Shown: one piece after another, positions 17,101 through 26,405 of the stretch
Position numbering within the stretch: the first letter of the stretch is position 1
Layout of the letters: each line of letters begins with the position of its first letter
Assembly: GCA_963771175.1 (NCBI GenBank)
Contig: CAVYSY010000039.1
Span: 64,001-128,000 of the forward strand
DNA length: 64,000 bases
From: an uncultured delta proteobacterium
GTDB lineage: Bacteria; Myxococcota; Myxococcia; Myxococcales; Myxococcaceae
Reading direction: 5' to 3'
The notes under the pieces: model-generated
Told to the model about the DNA's origin: nothing
The model's database searches: none
The model's input: the letters and a program-made list of their open reading frames with translations, nothing else
Program-made: the position numbers and the translations under genes

Positions 17101-20100
17101 GACTCCAGCAGGCTCCGCCGCTCCTGCGCCTGCCGCCGCAGCGAGGCGAGAGCAAGTCCGTCCCGCTTCGACTCGCGCAGCGTCTCCTCGATGGGGGCGA
17201 GCAACACGGGATGAGGGCTCACCTCGAGGAGCACGCTGTGGCCGTCTTCCAACAGCCGCTCGACGGCGCCATGGAACAGCACCGGCTCGCGCAGGTTGCT
17301 GACCCAGTAGGACGGATGGAAGTCGCTCCCATCGCCCGTCAGCCCCGTCACCGTGGAGTAGATGGGCACCGCCGCGCGCACGGGAGAGATTCCGTCGAGC
17401 ACGCGGAGGAGGTCCTCCTTCAGCGGGTCCATCTGCGGGCTGTGGGAGGCGACGTTCACCTTCACCCGGCGGCAGAAGACGCCCTGGCCCTCGAGCCGCC
17501 GCAGCAGCTCCTCCAGGGCCTCGGTGTCCCCGGAGAGCACCGTCGAGCGAGCGCTGTTGCTCACGCCAATGGAGAGCCGCGCCTCGTAGCCGGCCAGCGC
17601 CTCGCGGGCCTGCTCCAGACCGAGCTCCACCACGGCCATCGCCCCCTGCCCGCTCATGCGGCGCAGGAGGAGGCTGCGGCGGCAGATGATCCTCACCGCG
17701 TCCTCCAGGCTGAGCGCGCCCGCCACATGCGCCGCGGCCACCTCGCCCATGCTGTGGCCCACCACCGCATCGGGCTCGACGCCCCACGAGCGCCACAGCG
17801 CCGCCAGCGCCACCTGCATCGCGAACAGCACCGGCTGCACGACGTCGATCTCCTGCAGGCGCGAGCGCTGCTCGTCCGCGCCGAGCTCCTCCGTGAGCGA
17901 CCAGTCCACGTGGGACCGCATCGCCCGCTCGCAGGACTCGATCGCCGCCCGGAAGACCGGCTCCTCGCGCAGGAGCTGGCGGCCCATACCGAGCCACTGC
18001 GACCCCTGCCCCGGGAAGACGAAAGCGACCCGGGCCCGCCCCTCGGGGCTCACCCGGCCCTGGCTCACACCGGGACGGGCTTCGCCCCGTGCGAAGGCCT
18101 CCAGCGCCTCGGCCAGCTCCCGCCGCGAGCCGCCCACCACCGACAGGCGATGGGCATGATGGCTCCGCCGCACTCCCGCCGTGTAGGTGATGTCCTCGAG
18201 TGTCGCTCCCTCCGCGGCGCCGTCACCCAGGAAGTCACGGTAGGCCGCGGCCAGCGACTTCAGCGCCTCGGGGCTGCGCGCCGACAGGGGCAGGAGCCGC
18301 ACCGGCTCCTCACCGGGGGGAGCACTCTTGACCCCCTCTGCGCCTCCCAGGAAGATCGCCTCCCACCGGACCTGCTGGCCACGGGCATACAGGACGCCCA
18401 GCGTATCGAGCATCACGCCCCGCTCGTCCTCCTGTCGGCGGAGGGATGGGACGACGAGCCCCTGCTGGCCGGCATGCCGCAGGGTCGACTCGATGGAGTG
18501 TTTGACGATCGGGTGCGGGCCGACCTCCAGGAAGACGCGATGCCCCTCGCTGAGCGCGTGGGAGAGCGCGCCCGTGAAGAACACGGGCTCCGCGAAGTTC
18601 TTCGCCCAGTGGGCGGCATCGAAGCTCCCGCCCTCGAGCGGCGAGGCCGTGACCGTGGAGATGATGGGGATGAGTGCCCGGCCGGGACGGAGTCCCCGCA
18701 GGATCTCGGAGAGCTCGCCACGCAGCACATCGACCTGCGGGCTGTGCACCGCCACGTTGGTCTCCACCTGGCGGCAGAACACGCCTCGGTGTCGCAGGGA
18801 GGCGAACACCTCGACGAGCGCGCCCGGCTCACCGGCCAGCACCGTCGAGTCCGCGCTCGCGTCGATGGCGCGGCACAGACGGCCCTCGTAGCCAGCCAGG
18901 AGCTCGGCGGACTGCTCCCATGAGAGCCCCACGAGCCCCATCGCGCCCTGGCCACTGAGCCGGCTCAGCAGACGTCCCTGTGCGCAAATGACGCGCAGGG
19001 TGTCCTCGAGGCTCAGGATGCCCGCGACGTGCGCAGCCGAGACCTCGCCGATGCTGTGTCCCACCACCGCGACAGGCTCGATCCCCCAGGAGCGCCAGAG
19101 CGCCGCCAGCGCGATCTCCAGTGCCACGATCGCGGGGAAGGCGACATCGATCCGATCCAGCCGTGCCGCCGCGGCATCGGCGCTCAGCTCGGCCAGCAGT
19201 GACCAGCCCAGGTGCTCCCGGATGAGCCGATCGCACTGCTCCAGCGAGGCCCGGAACACCGGCTCGGTCCGTAGCAGAGCCCGCCCCATGCCAGGCCACT
19301 GAGAGCCCTGCCCCGAGAAGACGAAGACCGGCTTCTGGGAGTGCTCGGACTCCACCTGCCCCGTCGACAGCCCCGCCCTCGCCTCACCCCGAAGGAAGCT
19401 CGTGAGGTGCTCCCGAAGCTCCTTCCGGGAGCGGACGGTCATCGCCATGCGATGAGCGGACCCGCCGACGTGGGCCGCGGCCGAGCGGCAGAGCTCGGAC
19501 AGTGGCACCTGCTCCCCGACGACCTCGAGGCGCTCGAGCAGCCGCTGCGCCGCCCCGCGGAGGGCCTCTGGAGTCTCGCCAGAGAGGGGGACGAGCTCCG
19601 CCCGGGGCGCGCCCGGCTCCTCGACCACGACGTGACAGTTCGCGCCACCGAATCCGAAGGAGCTGACTCCCGCGATGAGCTTCCGCTCCGGCTCGGGCCA
19701 GGGTCCGAGGGTGCGCTGGACCTCCAGACGCAGATCCGCGAAGGGGATGTGCGGGTTGGGCGTCTCGAAGTGGAGACTCGGCGGGAGCGCGCGGTGCTTG
19801 ATGGACAGCGCGACCTTGATCAGCCCCGCGATGCCCGCGGCGGCCTCCAGGTGCCCGATGTTGGTCTTGCAGGAGCCGATGTGCAGCGGCCTGTCGGCGG
19901 ACCGCCCCGCGCCGAGCACCTCGCCCAGGGCGCGGGCCTCCATCGGATCCCCGAGCTGCGTGCCGGTGCCATGCGCCTCGACGTACTGCACCTCGGACGG
20001 CTCGATGCCAGCACGCGCATAGGCCACGCGGAGCAGCTCCTCCTGGGCCTTGGGGTTGGGCGCGGTGAGGCCGTTGCTTCCGCCGTTGTTGTTGATGACG

Positions 20101-21197
20101 CTGCCGCGGATGACGCAGTAGATGGGATCGCCATCCGCGATGGCCTGGGAGAGGGGCTTGAGCACGACCACGCCCGCCCCCTCGCCACGCACGTACCCGT
20201 TGGCGCGCGCGTCAAAGGAGAAGCAGCGCCCATCGGGCGAGAGGGCGCCGACCTTGGACATTCCAACCGTGCTGTCGGGCGCGATGTTCAGATTCACGCC
20301 GCCCGCGAGGGCGAGCGTCGACTCGCCCCTGCGCAGGCTCTCGCAGGCCAGGTGCACCGCCGCGAGCGACGAGGAGCACGCCGTGTCGATGGCCAGACTC
20401 GGGCCCCGGAGACCCAGCACATAGGAGACGCGGTTGGCGATGATGCTGTGGTGGAACCCCGTCGCCGTGTGCTGGGAGATGCGCCGCAAGCCGAGCCGCT
20501 GCAACAGGGTCTCGTAATCCGTCCAGATCACCCCAAAACATACAGCCGTGGGCGAGCCTTGCAGGTGCTCCGCCGCGATCCCCGCGTCCTCCAACGCCTC
20601 CCAGGTCAACTCCAGCATGAGCCGCTGTTGCGGATCCATGTGGAGCGCCTCCTTGGGCGAGATGCCGAAGAAGAGGGGATCAAACCCATCCACCCGCTCG
20701 AGGAATCCACCCCAGCGGGTGTTTGCCTTGCCGGCCGCGGAGAGGTCGCTATCGTAGAGCCGCTCGGCGTCCCACCGATCGGGAGGGACTTCCGTGATGG
20801 CATCGCTCCCACCCGCGAGCAGACGCCAGAACGCCGAGGGATCCGGTGCCTTGGGATAGCGGCACGCCAGGCCGACAATGGCGATGGGCTCATCCGCCGA
20901 GGAAAAACGAGACATGGGCCGCGGAGCTGCAGCCACCTGCTCTCCGGCGAGATACCGGGCCAGGGCATCGAGAGTGGGATACTCCCAGACGAGCGTGGGT
21001 GACAACGAGCGCCCGAGCATCGCACCGATCTCGGCAATGAAAGCCGTTGCCTTCAATGAGTCGAGCCCATACCGGCTGAAGCGCTCGCGCACGTCGAGCG
21101 TACGCGCTTCAATCCCCAACCGTTGAGCGAGGGCAACAGCCAGACGCGCCTGCACCTCAGCTAAACCATTTCCCAGCAATCCGTCTTGCGCCGACAC
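14154..21197 (-). CDS. mxaF: Type I PKS loading + module 1 (MxaF-like), ACP-KS-AT-AT-DH-KR-ACP, 2347 aa
   Basis: N-terminal ACP (YGLDSL), KS DTACSSS, tandem ATs (GHSIG...VAVHS; GHSMG...VASHS), DH HCVWGEIVFP, KR LLEDG/YSAAN, ACP LGLDSL. This is the typical myxobacterial mixed loading/extension layout. Confidence 0.9.
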   Translation of the reverse strand: MSAQDGLLGNGLAEVQARLAVALAQRLGIEARTLDVRERFSRYGLDSLKATAFIAEIGAMLGRSLSPTLVWEYPTLDALARYLAGEQVAAAPRPMSRFSSADEPIAIVGLACRYPKAPDPSAFWRLLAGGSDAITEVPPDRWDAERLYDSDLSAAGKANTRWGGFLERVDGFDPLFFGISPKEALHMDPQQRLMLELTWEALEDAGIAAEHLQGSPTAVCFGVIWTDYETLLQRLGLRRISQHTATGFHHSIIANRVSYVLGLRGPSLAIDTACSSSLAAVHLACESLRRGESTLALAGGVNLNIAPDSTVGMSKVGALSPDGRCFSFDARANGYVRGEGAGVVVLKPLSQAIADGDPIYCVIRGSVINNNGGSNGLTAPNPKAQEELLRVAYARAGIEPSEVQYVEAHGTGTQLGDPMEARALGEVLGAGRSADRPLHIGSCKTNIGHLEAAAGIAGLIKVALSIKHRALPPSLHFETPNPHIPFADLRLEVQRTLGPWPEPERKLIAGVSSFGFGGANCHVVVEEPGAPRAELVPLSGETPEALRGAAQRLLERLEVVGEQVPLSELCRSAAAHVGGSAHRMAMTVRSRKELREHLTSFLRGEARAGLSTGQVESEHSQKPVFVFSGQGSQWPGMGRALLRTEPVFRASLEQCDRLIREHLGWSLLAELSADAAAARLDRIDVAFPAIVALEIALAALWRSWGIEPVAVVGHSIGEVSAAHVAGILSLEDTLRVICAQGRLLSRLSGQGAMGLVGLSWEQSAELLAGYEGRLCRAIDASADSTVLAGEPGALVEVFASLRHRGVFCRQVETNVAVHSPQVDVLRGELSEILRGLRPGRALIPIISTVTASPLEGGSFDAAHWAKNFAEPVFFTGALSHALSEGHRVFLEVGPHPIVKHSIESTLRHAGQQGLVVPSLRRQEDERGVMLDTLGVLYARGQQVRWEAIFLGGAEGVKSAPPGEEPVRLLPLSARSPEALKSLAAAYRDFLGDGAAEGATLEDITYTAGVRRSHHAHRLSVVGGSRRELAEALEAFARGEARPGVSQGRVSPEGRARVAFVFPGQGSQWLGMGRQLLREEPVFRAAIESCERAMRSHVDWSLTEELGADEQRSRLQEIDVVQPVLFAMQVALAALWRSWGVEPDAVVGHSMGEVAAAHVAGALSLEDAVRIICRRSLLLRRMSGQGAMAVVELGLEQAREALAGYEARLSIGVSNSARSTVLSGDTEALEELLRRLEGQGVFCRRVKVNVASHSPQMDPLKEDLLRVLDGISPVRAAVPIYSTVTGLTGDGSDFHPSYWVSNLREPVLFHGAVERLLEDGHSVLLEVSPHPVLLAPIEETLRESKRDGLALASLRRQAQERRSLLESLAALYARGGSVDWKKLHPSGGRVVALPMYPWQRERYWLVDEAEAASRHVSAAREGGPGHPLLGGSLSSSVQPGTHFWERAVSTEAFPYLSDHCVWGEIVFPGAGYVEMALSAGAEVLGESGLVLENVSISEMLAIEPEGERLAQVVLSEEGAGRASFQISSRAAGDKTWRKHAAGSLRREDGAALELTAEPPELLRERLEVAVSSEAHYQRRQEQGLAYGPAFQSLRQLWRSEREGLASLELPEQVSSGSEAYRLHPSLLDACLQVAVELVSPAEAAPATVGTHVPVGFGRMRLFQRPGRAAWVWVKALGDASASEREHAFDIRLLDDQGHVLMELEGLRVYRLEAGAAVRKELGEWTYQVDWESQSLPAELPWPARSPGSWLILGDSGGVGQRLSALLRARGETCVLVSPGETYRLGDALGAGAPPCRGVVHLWSLDCASNDALTPSTLESARRLSITSVLHLVQALSQTSWRDPPRLWLATRGARSVGKEPERVNVAQAPLWGLGQVLALEQPELRCTRVDLEGGADECANALLRELSSTAFEDQVAWRGGTRLVARLSRAADALVAREPATFLRADGTYLITGGLGGLGLEVARWLVTHGARHLLLLGRRAPSAEAERTLAELRQAGAHVEPFQADVALPGDVARALARVDEAMPPLRGVFHAAGLLEDGLLVNLTEERFASVMAPKVLGTWNLHAQTRHLPLELFVLFSSATSLLGTPGQANYSAANAFMDALAHARRAEGLPALSINWGTWTNVGLAAAQANRGERLEARGLRGMPPDKALVALGMLLGQGRPQVGVMALEPRQWLGFYLAAAQSPFFTRLSQERTGKPAVELGRSRIREQLEAARGSERRALLEHHLREQIGGVLRMEPARIEPRTPLGSLGLDSLMSMEIRNRLEAALGLKLSATLVWTYPTLAALTPFLAEKLGLPLEDKGSEPQAAVAPSPAPPSAEPGSEIDEMSEEEVERLFAQRMAQGK

Positions 21198-21199
21198 TT

Positions 21200-21355
21200 G
21201 AACCCCATCTCAAGCCGACAAACCCAAACGCAGCGCTTGAATGCAACCAGGCAACAATCCTGCTACCGGCACAAACGTGAAAAACACTTAAAACATGCCC
21301 ACCAAAACGTCAAGTATTGTTGGAGACCTTCTTCAGCAGTTTGAGATGGGAGTTC
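21200..21355. repeat. Long-range inverted repeat in the PKS leader
   Basis: gaaccccatctcaa (21200-21213) pairs with ttgagatgggagttc (21341-21355), with a one-base bulge. Confidence 0.7.
21285..21313 (-). promoter_or_regulatory. Candidate sigma70-type promoter of the PKS operon
   Basis: Minus-strand TTGACG-N17-TAAGTG in an AT-rich stretch about 90 nt upstream of the GTG start. The -10 element is non-consensus. Confidence 0.35.
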
Positions 21356-21624
21356 GTCTAATGGGCTTCATCGTAACGCCCATCTATCTATCACTGCATA
21401 AGGAGCGCCAACGCCGATCTCTCCGGAATTCGAGGCATGGAGACTGGCCGTAGCGCAGTCCTTGCGGCGGATCCCGGCGAAGGCGCAGCATTTGCGCACC
21501 CGTCCCGAGGGTGACAAGGCTACCGCCATCCTCCGCGCCGAGGGCCGCGCGGTCGTCTCTTACAAGTCGTTAACCGGACTCTCTGAAAATGATTAAAAGG
21601 GGCGCTCTTGCATGCCGCGCTCCA

Positions 21625-21826
21625 GCCTCAACTACGTGCGCGCGGACACCGAGGTCGAGAAGACACTCGCGACGCTCCGGGGGCTGGGTGCGCGAGCGTG
21701 GGCGTTCAAGCGCTCCGTGCTGGACCGGGGCCGGCCTGCAAGAGATGGTGCGCACGCTGGAGCGCGAGGCGGGCATGGTGGACGTGCTCGTGAACAACGC
21801 GGGCATCTGCCAGACGGAGGGGTGTG
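21625..21826 (+). pseudogene. Internal fragment of an SDR/FabG-like oxidoreductase
   Basis: Two frames read LNYVRADTEVEKTLATLRGLGARAWAFKRSVLD and LQEMVRTLEREAGMVDVLVNNAGI (SDR NNAG motif). No TGxxxGIG start and no YxxxK half. Confidence 0.65.
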
Positions 21827-21829
21827 AGC

Positions 21830-22024
21830 ATGGACGAGAAGCCGCCGGATCCGCTGCCCTTCCCGACGAGTCTCTGTCACCGCTGCGCCGCGCCGCCCCG
21901 GTACGTGCGGACGAAGACGTCCACCTTCATCATGTGCCCGCTGCTGCCACAGAAGTACGCGCCCCAGCCGGTGCTCCGGTGCCCGCTCTTCCGGCCGAAG
22001 TCGCCGGACACGGAGCAGAAGTAG
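21830..22024 (+). CDS. Small Cys-rich hypothetical protein (possible Zn-binding), 64 aa
   Basis: GGAGG RBS at 21816-21820, then MDEKPPDPLPFPTSLCHRC...FIMC...LRCPLF with 4 Cys. Confidence 0.65.
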   Translation: MDEKPPDPLPFPTSLCHRCAAPPRYVRTKTSTFIMCPLLPQKYAPQPVLRCPLFRPKSPDTEQK

Positions 22025-22190
22025 TCGAGGGCAGAGCATGCACCGTCCTGGAATAGCGGAGTGAACTGGCGAATCGTGGACAGACCCGCCCCCGGGTGCA
22101 CTCCGTGTCTCGGGGCAGGAGGAGCATCATGCGGGTGCTCGCGGGTCTGCAGCCACGCCGACCGGAACCCGCATCCCCAGGAGGTGTTCC

Positions 22191-22373
22191 ATGAAGCCGT
22201 CCCTTGCGGCCCTCGCTTTCGGAGTCCTGTTCTCCGGCTGTGCCGTGCGCTCCCCGCAAGCAGCGCTCCTGCCCACCCCGCCGCGATCGCTCGCGCCCGC
22301 CACTCTGGCACCTGCCTCAGGCCGGGGCGACCTCGACGGCGCCTCCGGGTTCCACCGTCACCCGCACCGGTAG
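22191..22373 (+). pseudogene. Short or truncated lipoprotein gene
   Basis: AGGAGG RBS and signal peptide II MKPSLAALAFGVLFSG-C. The frame runs into the convergent rtcA 3' end after about 42 codons. Confidence 0.45.
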
Positions 22374-23390
22374 GAACCGCTCGAGGAGTCGCGCATGCGT
22401 GGTGAGGTGCTCGGTCACCCGCTCCGTCGTGTAGCGCGTGGTCCCCGGTGACGCCGGGCCCAGCTTCCCCGCGGCCAGCAGCGCCGCTGGCAGGAGGATC
22501 TGATCCCCGAGGTGCTCGTCCAGCGCGCCCCCGCTCTCCATGAAGCGCACCACCTCCTCCGCCGCCTCGCGGCCCACCTCCTCCGCCGGACGCCCCCGCG
22601 CCCCCAGCGCCGTGAAGCCGGCGATGGTGTTCTCGAACTGCGCCAGGATGAACGTCACCGTCCCCACCGAGCGCGTCGTCGCCAGGGGCCGGTTCTCCGC
22701 GTGGCTGTAGATGCCCCGCTCGCGAAGCGCCGCCACCGCCGCCTTGGACTGCCGCTCCGCGATGCCGAAGGGCAGTCCGCCCACGAACGAGCCCACCGAG
22801 ATGTCCCGCAGTGTCCCGCGCGCGGGCAATTCCACCCGCCGCGGGGGCTCGCGCAGGGGACCCACCTCGGCGATGAACTCCCCCGCCCCTTCCGGGTAGA
22901 AGCCCGCATGCACCAGGCGCAGCGAGGCACTCATCCCGTACGCCTGCGCCACCGGGAGCCACACGCCCACGAGGTAGTGGTAGCTGGGGCTGTGCGGTAG
23001 GTGCGTCCCTCCGCGCAGGGTCAGCGAGCCGCCCCCCGCCAGCGCCAGCGGATAGAAGAGGCACTGGAAGAGCAACGGCGTGCTCCCCGCGGTCCCTACC
23101 TCCAGCACGTAGTCGCCCGGACGTACCGTCCCCGGCTCGAAGCGCAGCTCCGAGGCCCCCACCTCGGCACCCTCGCTCCGCCCTCCGCTCAGGGCCTCCG
23201 CGCCTCGCACGCAGGCGAGGTGCTGGGGCCGCAGTCCCGAGGGCTGGCGGTTGGCCCGCACGCGCGTCATGTGGAAGGGCCGTCCGGTGATGAGCGACAG
23301 CGAGAGCGCCGAGCGGAGGATCTGCCCTCCTCCCTCGCCCTCGCTTCCATCGAGCTCCACCGGCCCGTCGTGGCGGTCGGTCCCAGCCAT
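22317..23390 (-). CDS. rtcA: RNA 3'-terminal phosphate cyclase
   Basis: LDGSEGEGGGQILRSALSLS, GLRPQHL, GFYPEGAG and DEHLGDQ motifs. Confidence 0.95.
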   Translation of the reverse strand: MAGTDRHDGPVELDGSEGEGGGQILRSALSLSLITGRPFHMTRVRANRQPSGLRPQHLACVRGAEALSGGRSEGAEVGASELRFEPGTVRPGDYVLEVGTAGSTPLLFQCLFYPLALAGGGSLTLRGGTHLPHSPSYHYLVGVWLPVAQAYGMSASLRLVHAGFYPEGAGEFIAEVGPLREPPRRVELPARGTLRDISVGSFVGGLPFGIAERQSKAAVAALRERGIYSHAENRPLATTRSVGTVTFILAQFENTIAGFTALGARGRPAEEVGREAAEEVVRFMESGGALDEHLGDQILLPAALLAAGKLGPASPGTTRYTTERVTEHLTTHARLLERFLPVRVTVEPGGAVEVAPA

Positions 23391-23457
23391 GCCCCTCCCC
23401 CTCCGAAATGAGGTGGGCGCAGCCTAGCAGAAGGCTTTCGGCTACTGTCCGCCCGCC

Positions 23458-24705
23458 GTGGCCCTCGTCATCTTCCTGTTCACCTACGTCTTCATCGCAG
23501 GCATCAAGCTCCCTTTCCCCAAGCTGGATCGCCCCGGAGGCGCGCTCGTGGGCGCCGTCCTCATGGTGGTGGCCGGCATCGTCGCCCCCTCCGAGGTCTT
23601 CAACTACAGCTCCGACCCCGCCCGGCACGCCGTGGACATGGACACGCTCGTGCTGCTGCTGGGGATGATGCTGCTCGCGGACTATCTCTCCCAGGCAGCC
23701 TTCTTCCGCGCCGCTGGAGCCTGGGCGCTCCGCCTGGCCCACACGCCCCGGCGGCTCCTCGTGGCGGTGGCCTGCATCAGCGCCTTCCTCTCCGCCTTCC
23801 TCGTCAACGACACCATCTGCCTGATGCTCACCCCGCTCGTGCTGGTAGTGGTCGAGGACGCGCGTCTGCCCCCCATCCCGTACCTGCTGGCCGTCTGCAT
23901 GGCCTCCAACGCGGGCTCGGTCGCCACCTTCACCGGCAATCCGCAGAACATGCTCATCCAGGGCGCCTCCGGGCTGCCCTATGCCCAGTTCGTCGCCTAC
24001 ATGGCGCTGCCGGCCGTGCTCTCCACCGGAGTGGTCATCGCGGGGCTCCTCTACGTCTTCCGCAAGGAGCTCACCCAGGAGCGCTTCGAGCCACACCCGC
24101 CCCCGCCTCCCGTGGATCGGCCGCTGCTGGGGCTCACGCTCGTCACGCTCCTCGGGGTGGTCGCGGCCTTCTTCGCGGGCCTGCCCATGAGCTGGAGCGC
24201 CCTCACCGGCGCCGCCGTGGTGATGACCCTGGCCCGCCGCCACCCGCGTCAGGCCATCGAGCGCGTGGACTACGTCCTGCTGCTCTTCTTCGCCTGTCTC
24301 TTCGTCGTGGTGTACGGCGTCAACAAGGCGGGCTGGGCCGATGACATCTACCGCGTCTTCTCGCCCTTCATGTCCGGGCCGCCCTGGCGCGAGACGCTCG
24401 GCTTCGCGGGGCTGACGCTGGTGGCCTCGAACCTCTTCAGCAACGTGCCCTTCGTCATGCTCGCGCGCGCCTGGGTGCCCACGCTGCATGATCCCGTGCT
24501 CGGCTGGCACGTGCTGGCGCTCGGGTCCACCCTGGCCGGCAACCTCACACTGGTGGGCAGCGTGGCCAACCTCATCGTCTTCGAGGCCGCGCGGGGCAAG
24601 GCGGAGATCAGCTTCCTCGGCTACCTCCGCGTCGGCCTCCCCATCACGCTCATCAGCTTCGTGCTGGGGCTCGCGGTGCTCCTCGCGGAGCACGCGCTGT
24701 TCTGA
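23458..24705 (+). CDS. ArsB/NhaD/SLC13-family anion permease
   Basis: Multi-TM protein with SAFLVNDT, ASNAGSVATFTGNPQN, SNLFSNVP and TLAGNLTLVGSVANLIV. Confidence 0.9.
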   Translation: MALVIFLFTYVFIAGIKLPFPKLDRPGGALVGAVLMVVAGIVAPSEVFNYSSDPARHAVDMDTLVLLLGMMLLADYLSQAAFFRAAGAWALRLAHTPRRLLVAVACISAFLSAFLVNDTICLMLTPLVLVVVEDARLPPIPYLLAVCMASNAGSVATFTGNPQNMLIQGASGLPYAQFVAYMALPAVLSTGVVIAGLLYVFRKELTQERFEPHPPPPPVDRPLLGLTLVTLLGVVAAFFAGLPMSWSALTGAAVVMTLARRHPRQAIERVDYVLLLFFACLFVVVYGVNKAGWADDIYRVFSPFMSGPPWRETLGFAGLTLVASNLFSNVPFVMLARAWVPTLHDPVLGWHVLALGSTLAGNLTLVGSVANLIVFEAARGKAEISFLGYLRVGLPITLISFVLGLAVLLAEHALF

Positions 24706-24708
24706 GGG

Positions 24709-25543
24709 CTACGGATCCGGGTCCGGCAGCTCGCCAGGCGCCAACTCGGGCTGGGCGGGCTGCGCGGGAGCCGGTGCCTCGCGGCCGGTGCGGTTCACGC
24801 TGTCCGGCTCGGACACCTCGGAGCCCTCGGGCAGCGGCGTGCCGCCCTTGCGATCCTTCGGGGTCAGACTCTGCGCGAACTGCTCCGCCAGCACGTCCAG
24901 CATCTCCGTCATCTGCTGGCGGAACAGCGAGGGCTCCTTGCCCACCTTGAAGGGATCCAGGTGCTCGGTGCCCTCGGAGACCCGATCCACCCGGAACGGA
25001 TGGCGCCAGATCTCCGCGCGCCCCTTGAGCTTGAACATCCGCGCATAGCCCTGGATGTACGAGCCCGCCCGGCCGTCATCGCTCCGCATGCCGTAGTCCT
25101 GGATCACGAACTCCACCACCGTGTCCGTGCCCAGCGGCGCCAGCAGATCGTAATCCGGGGCGTTCGCCGGCACCTCCTCCACCAGGAAGCTCTCCAGCAC
25201 CGTCGCCACCCGCGCCGGATCCAGCGTGTTCACCCAGGGCCGGTCCTGCGGCAGCTGCCGGAACGTGTTCACCCGCAGGCGCTCGGAGACCTCGAAGCGC
25301 GTCACCGCCGCGGTCAGCTTCGCCTGCAGCCGGCGATCCGCCTCCTTCGGCTCCAGCTTCTTCAGCTTGTCCTTGTACGCGCCGTCCTCCCGGAACACGA
25401 GGCTCCGCGGACCGGCATCGAGCTCGATGCCGGGAGATGAAGGCGGGCCGCGAGACCCGATCCAGGTCCGCACCCGACAGCCGCTGCGAGGCGCAACCCG
25501 CGGCGAGCAGCGCCAGGACTACGAGGAATGAGTTCCGCACCAT
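24709..25543 (-). CDS. Lipoprotein of unknown function (one frameshift near 25430)
   Basis: MVRNSFLVVLALLAAG-C lipobox in ORF 25076..25579 joins IELDAGPRSLVFRED of ORF 24709..25473. Confidence 0.75.
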
Positions 25544-25677
25544 TTCCCCCTCATACCGCAGGTCTCTGCATCCACCCAACTCACGATGTTGGGGAGACGA
25601 CCCTTCCCCCTGCTCCCTTCCAGAGCGAGCGGGGGTCCTGTTCGTGAGGTGACTGGCGGCCGCTTATAAAAGCCACC

Positions 25678-26274
25678 ATGCGAATCCTCCTCATTGGCGC
25701 GACTGGAACCATTGGCAGTGCAATCGCCGCGGCGCTTCGCGGTCGTCACGAGGTCATCGAGGTGAGCCACAAGAAGACGGCTCTCACGGTGGATCTCGCG
25801 GATCCGGAGTCGATCCGCGCGATGTACAAGAAGGTCGGAAAGGTCGACGCGGTGGTGACCGCTGCGGGTGCGGCGAAGTTCGCGCCGCTGGAGAAGCTGT
25901 CGGATGATGACTTCCGGTTCTCCCTGAACAACAAGCTGATGGGACAGGTGAACGTCGTCCGGTTCGGGTTCGATTTCGTGAACGACGGCGGCTCCTTCAC
26001 GGTGACGAGCGGGGTGCTCGCTCAGCAGCCCATGAAGGGGAGCGGGGCGATCAGCCTCGTGAACTCCGGGCTGGAGGGGTTCACTCGCGCGGCGGCGCTC
26101 GAGGCTCCGCGGAACATTCGCGTCAACTGCGTCAGCCCGCCGTGGGTGAGCGAGACGCTGAAGGCGATGGGACAGGATCCCTCGGGCGGTGTTCCGGCGG
26201 AGGTCGTCGCCCGGTCCTATGTGCGGGCGATCGAAGGGAGGGAATCGGGGCTGGTGATCGCCGTCGGCAAATAG
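25678..26274 (+). CDS. Short-chain dehydrogenase (atypical SDR)
   Basis: MRILLIGATGTIG Rossmann motif, NNKLMGQVN and RVNCVSP. Confidence 0.9.
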   Translation: MRILLIGATGTIGSAIAAALRGRHEVIEVSHKKTALTVDLADPESIRAMYKKVGKVDAVVTAAGAAKFAPLEKLSDDDFRFSLNNKLMGQVNVVRFGFDFVNDGGSFTVTSGVLAQQPMKGSGAISLVNSGLEGFTRAAALEAPRNIRVNCVSPPWVSETLKAMGQDPSGGVPAEVVARSYVRAIEGRESGLVIAVGK

Positions 26275-26283
26275 TGGCGAGCC

Positions 26284-26405
26284 CTCAGAACAGCACCAAA
26301 TCCTCGAAGCTCTCTCCGGGCTCACCGTCCTTCGGGCCCGTCCCCAGCACCGCCTCCGTGTTGCGCTGCCGGGTCGCCGTGAGCTCGGAGACCAGGGCGA
26401 GGATC
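26284..26405 (-). repeat. Direct-repeat copy 1: orphan duplicate of the last 39 codons and stop of the cNMP-binding gene
   Basis: 122 bp matching 27117-27238 with 6 mismatches by manual alignment. Confidence 0.95.

Noticed and set aside
22317..23390. rtcA as part of an RtcAB-RtcR RNA repair operon
   Set aside because: No rtcB, rtcR or TROVE gene in the window.
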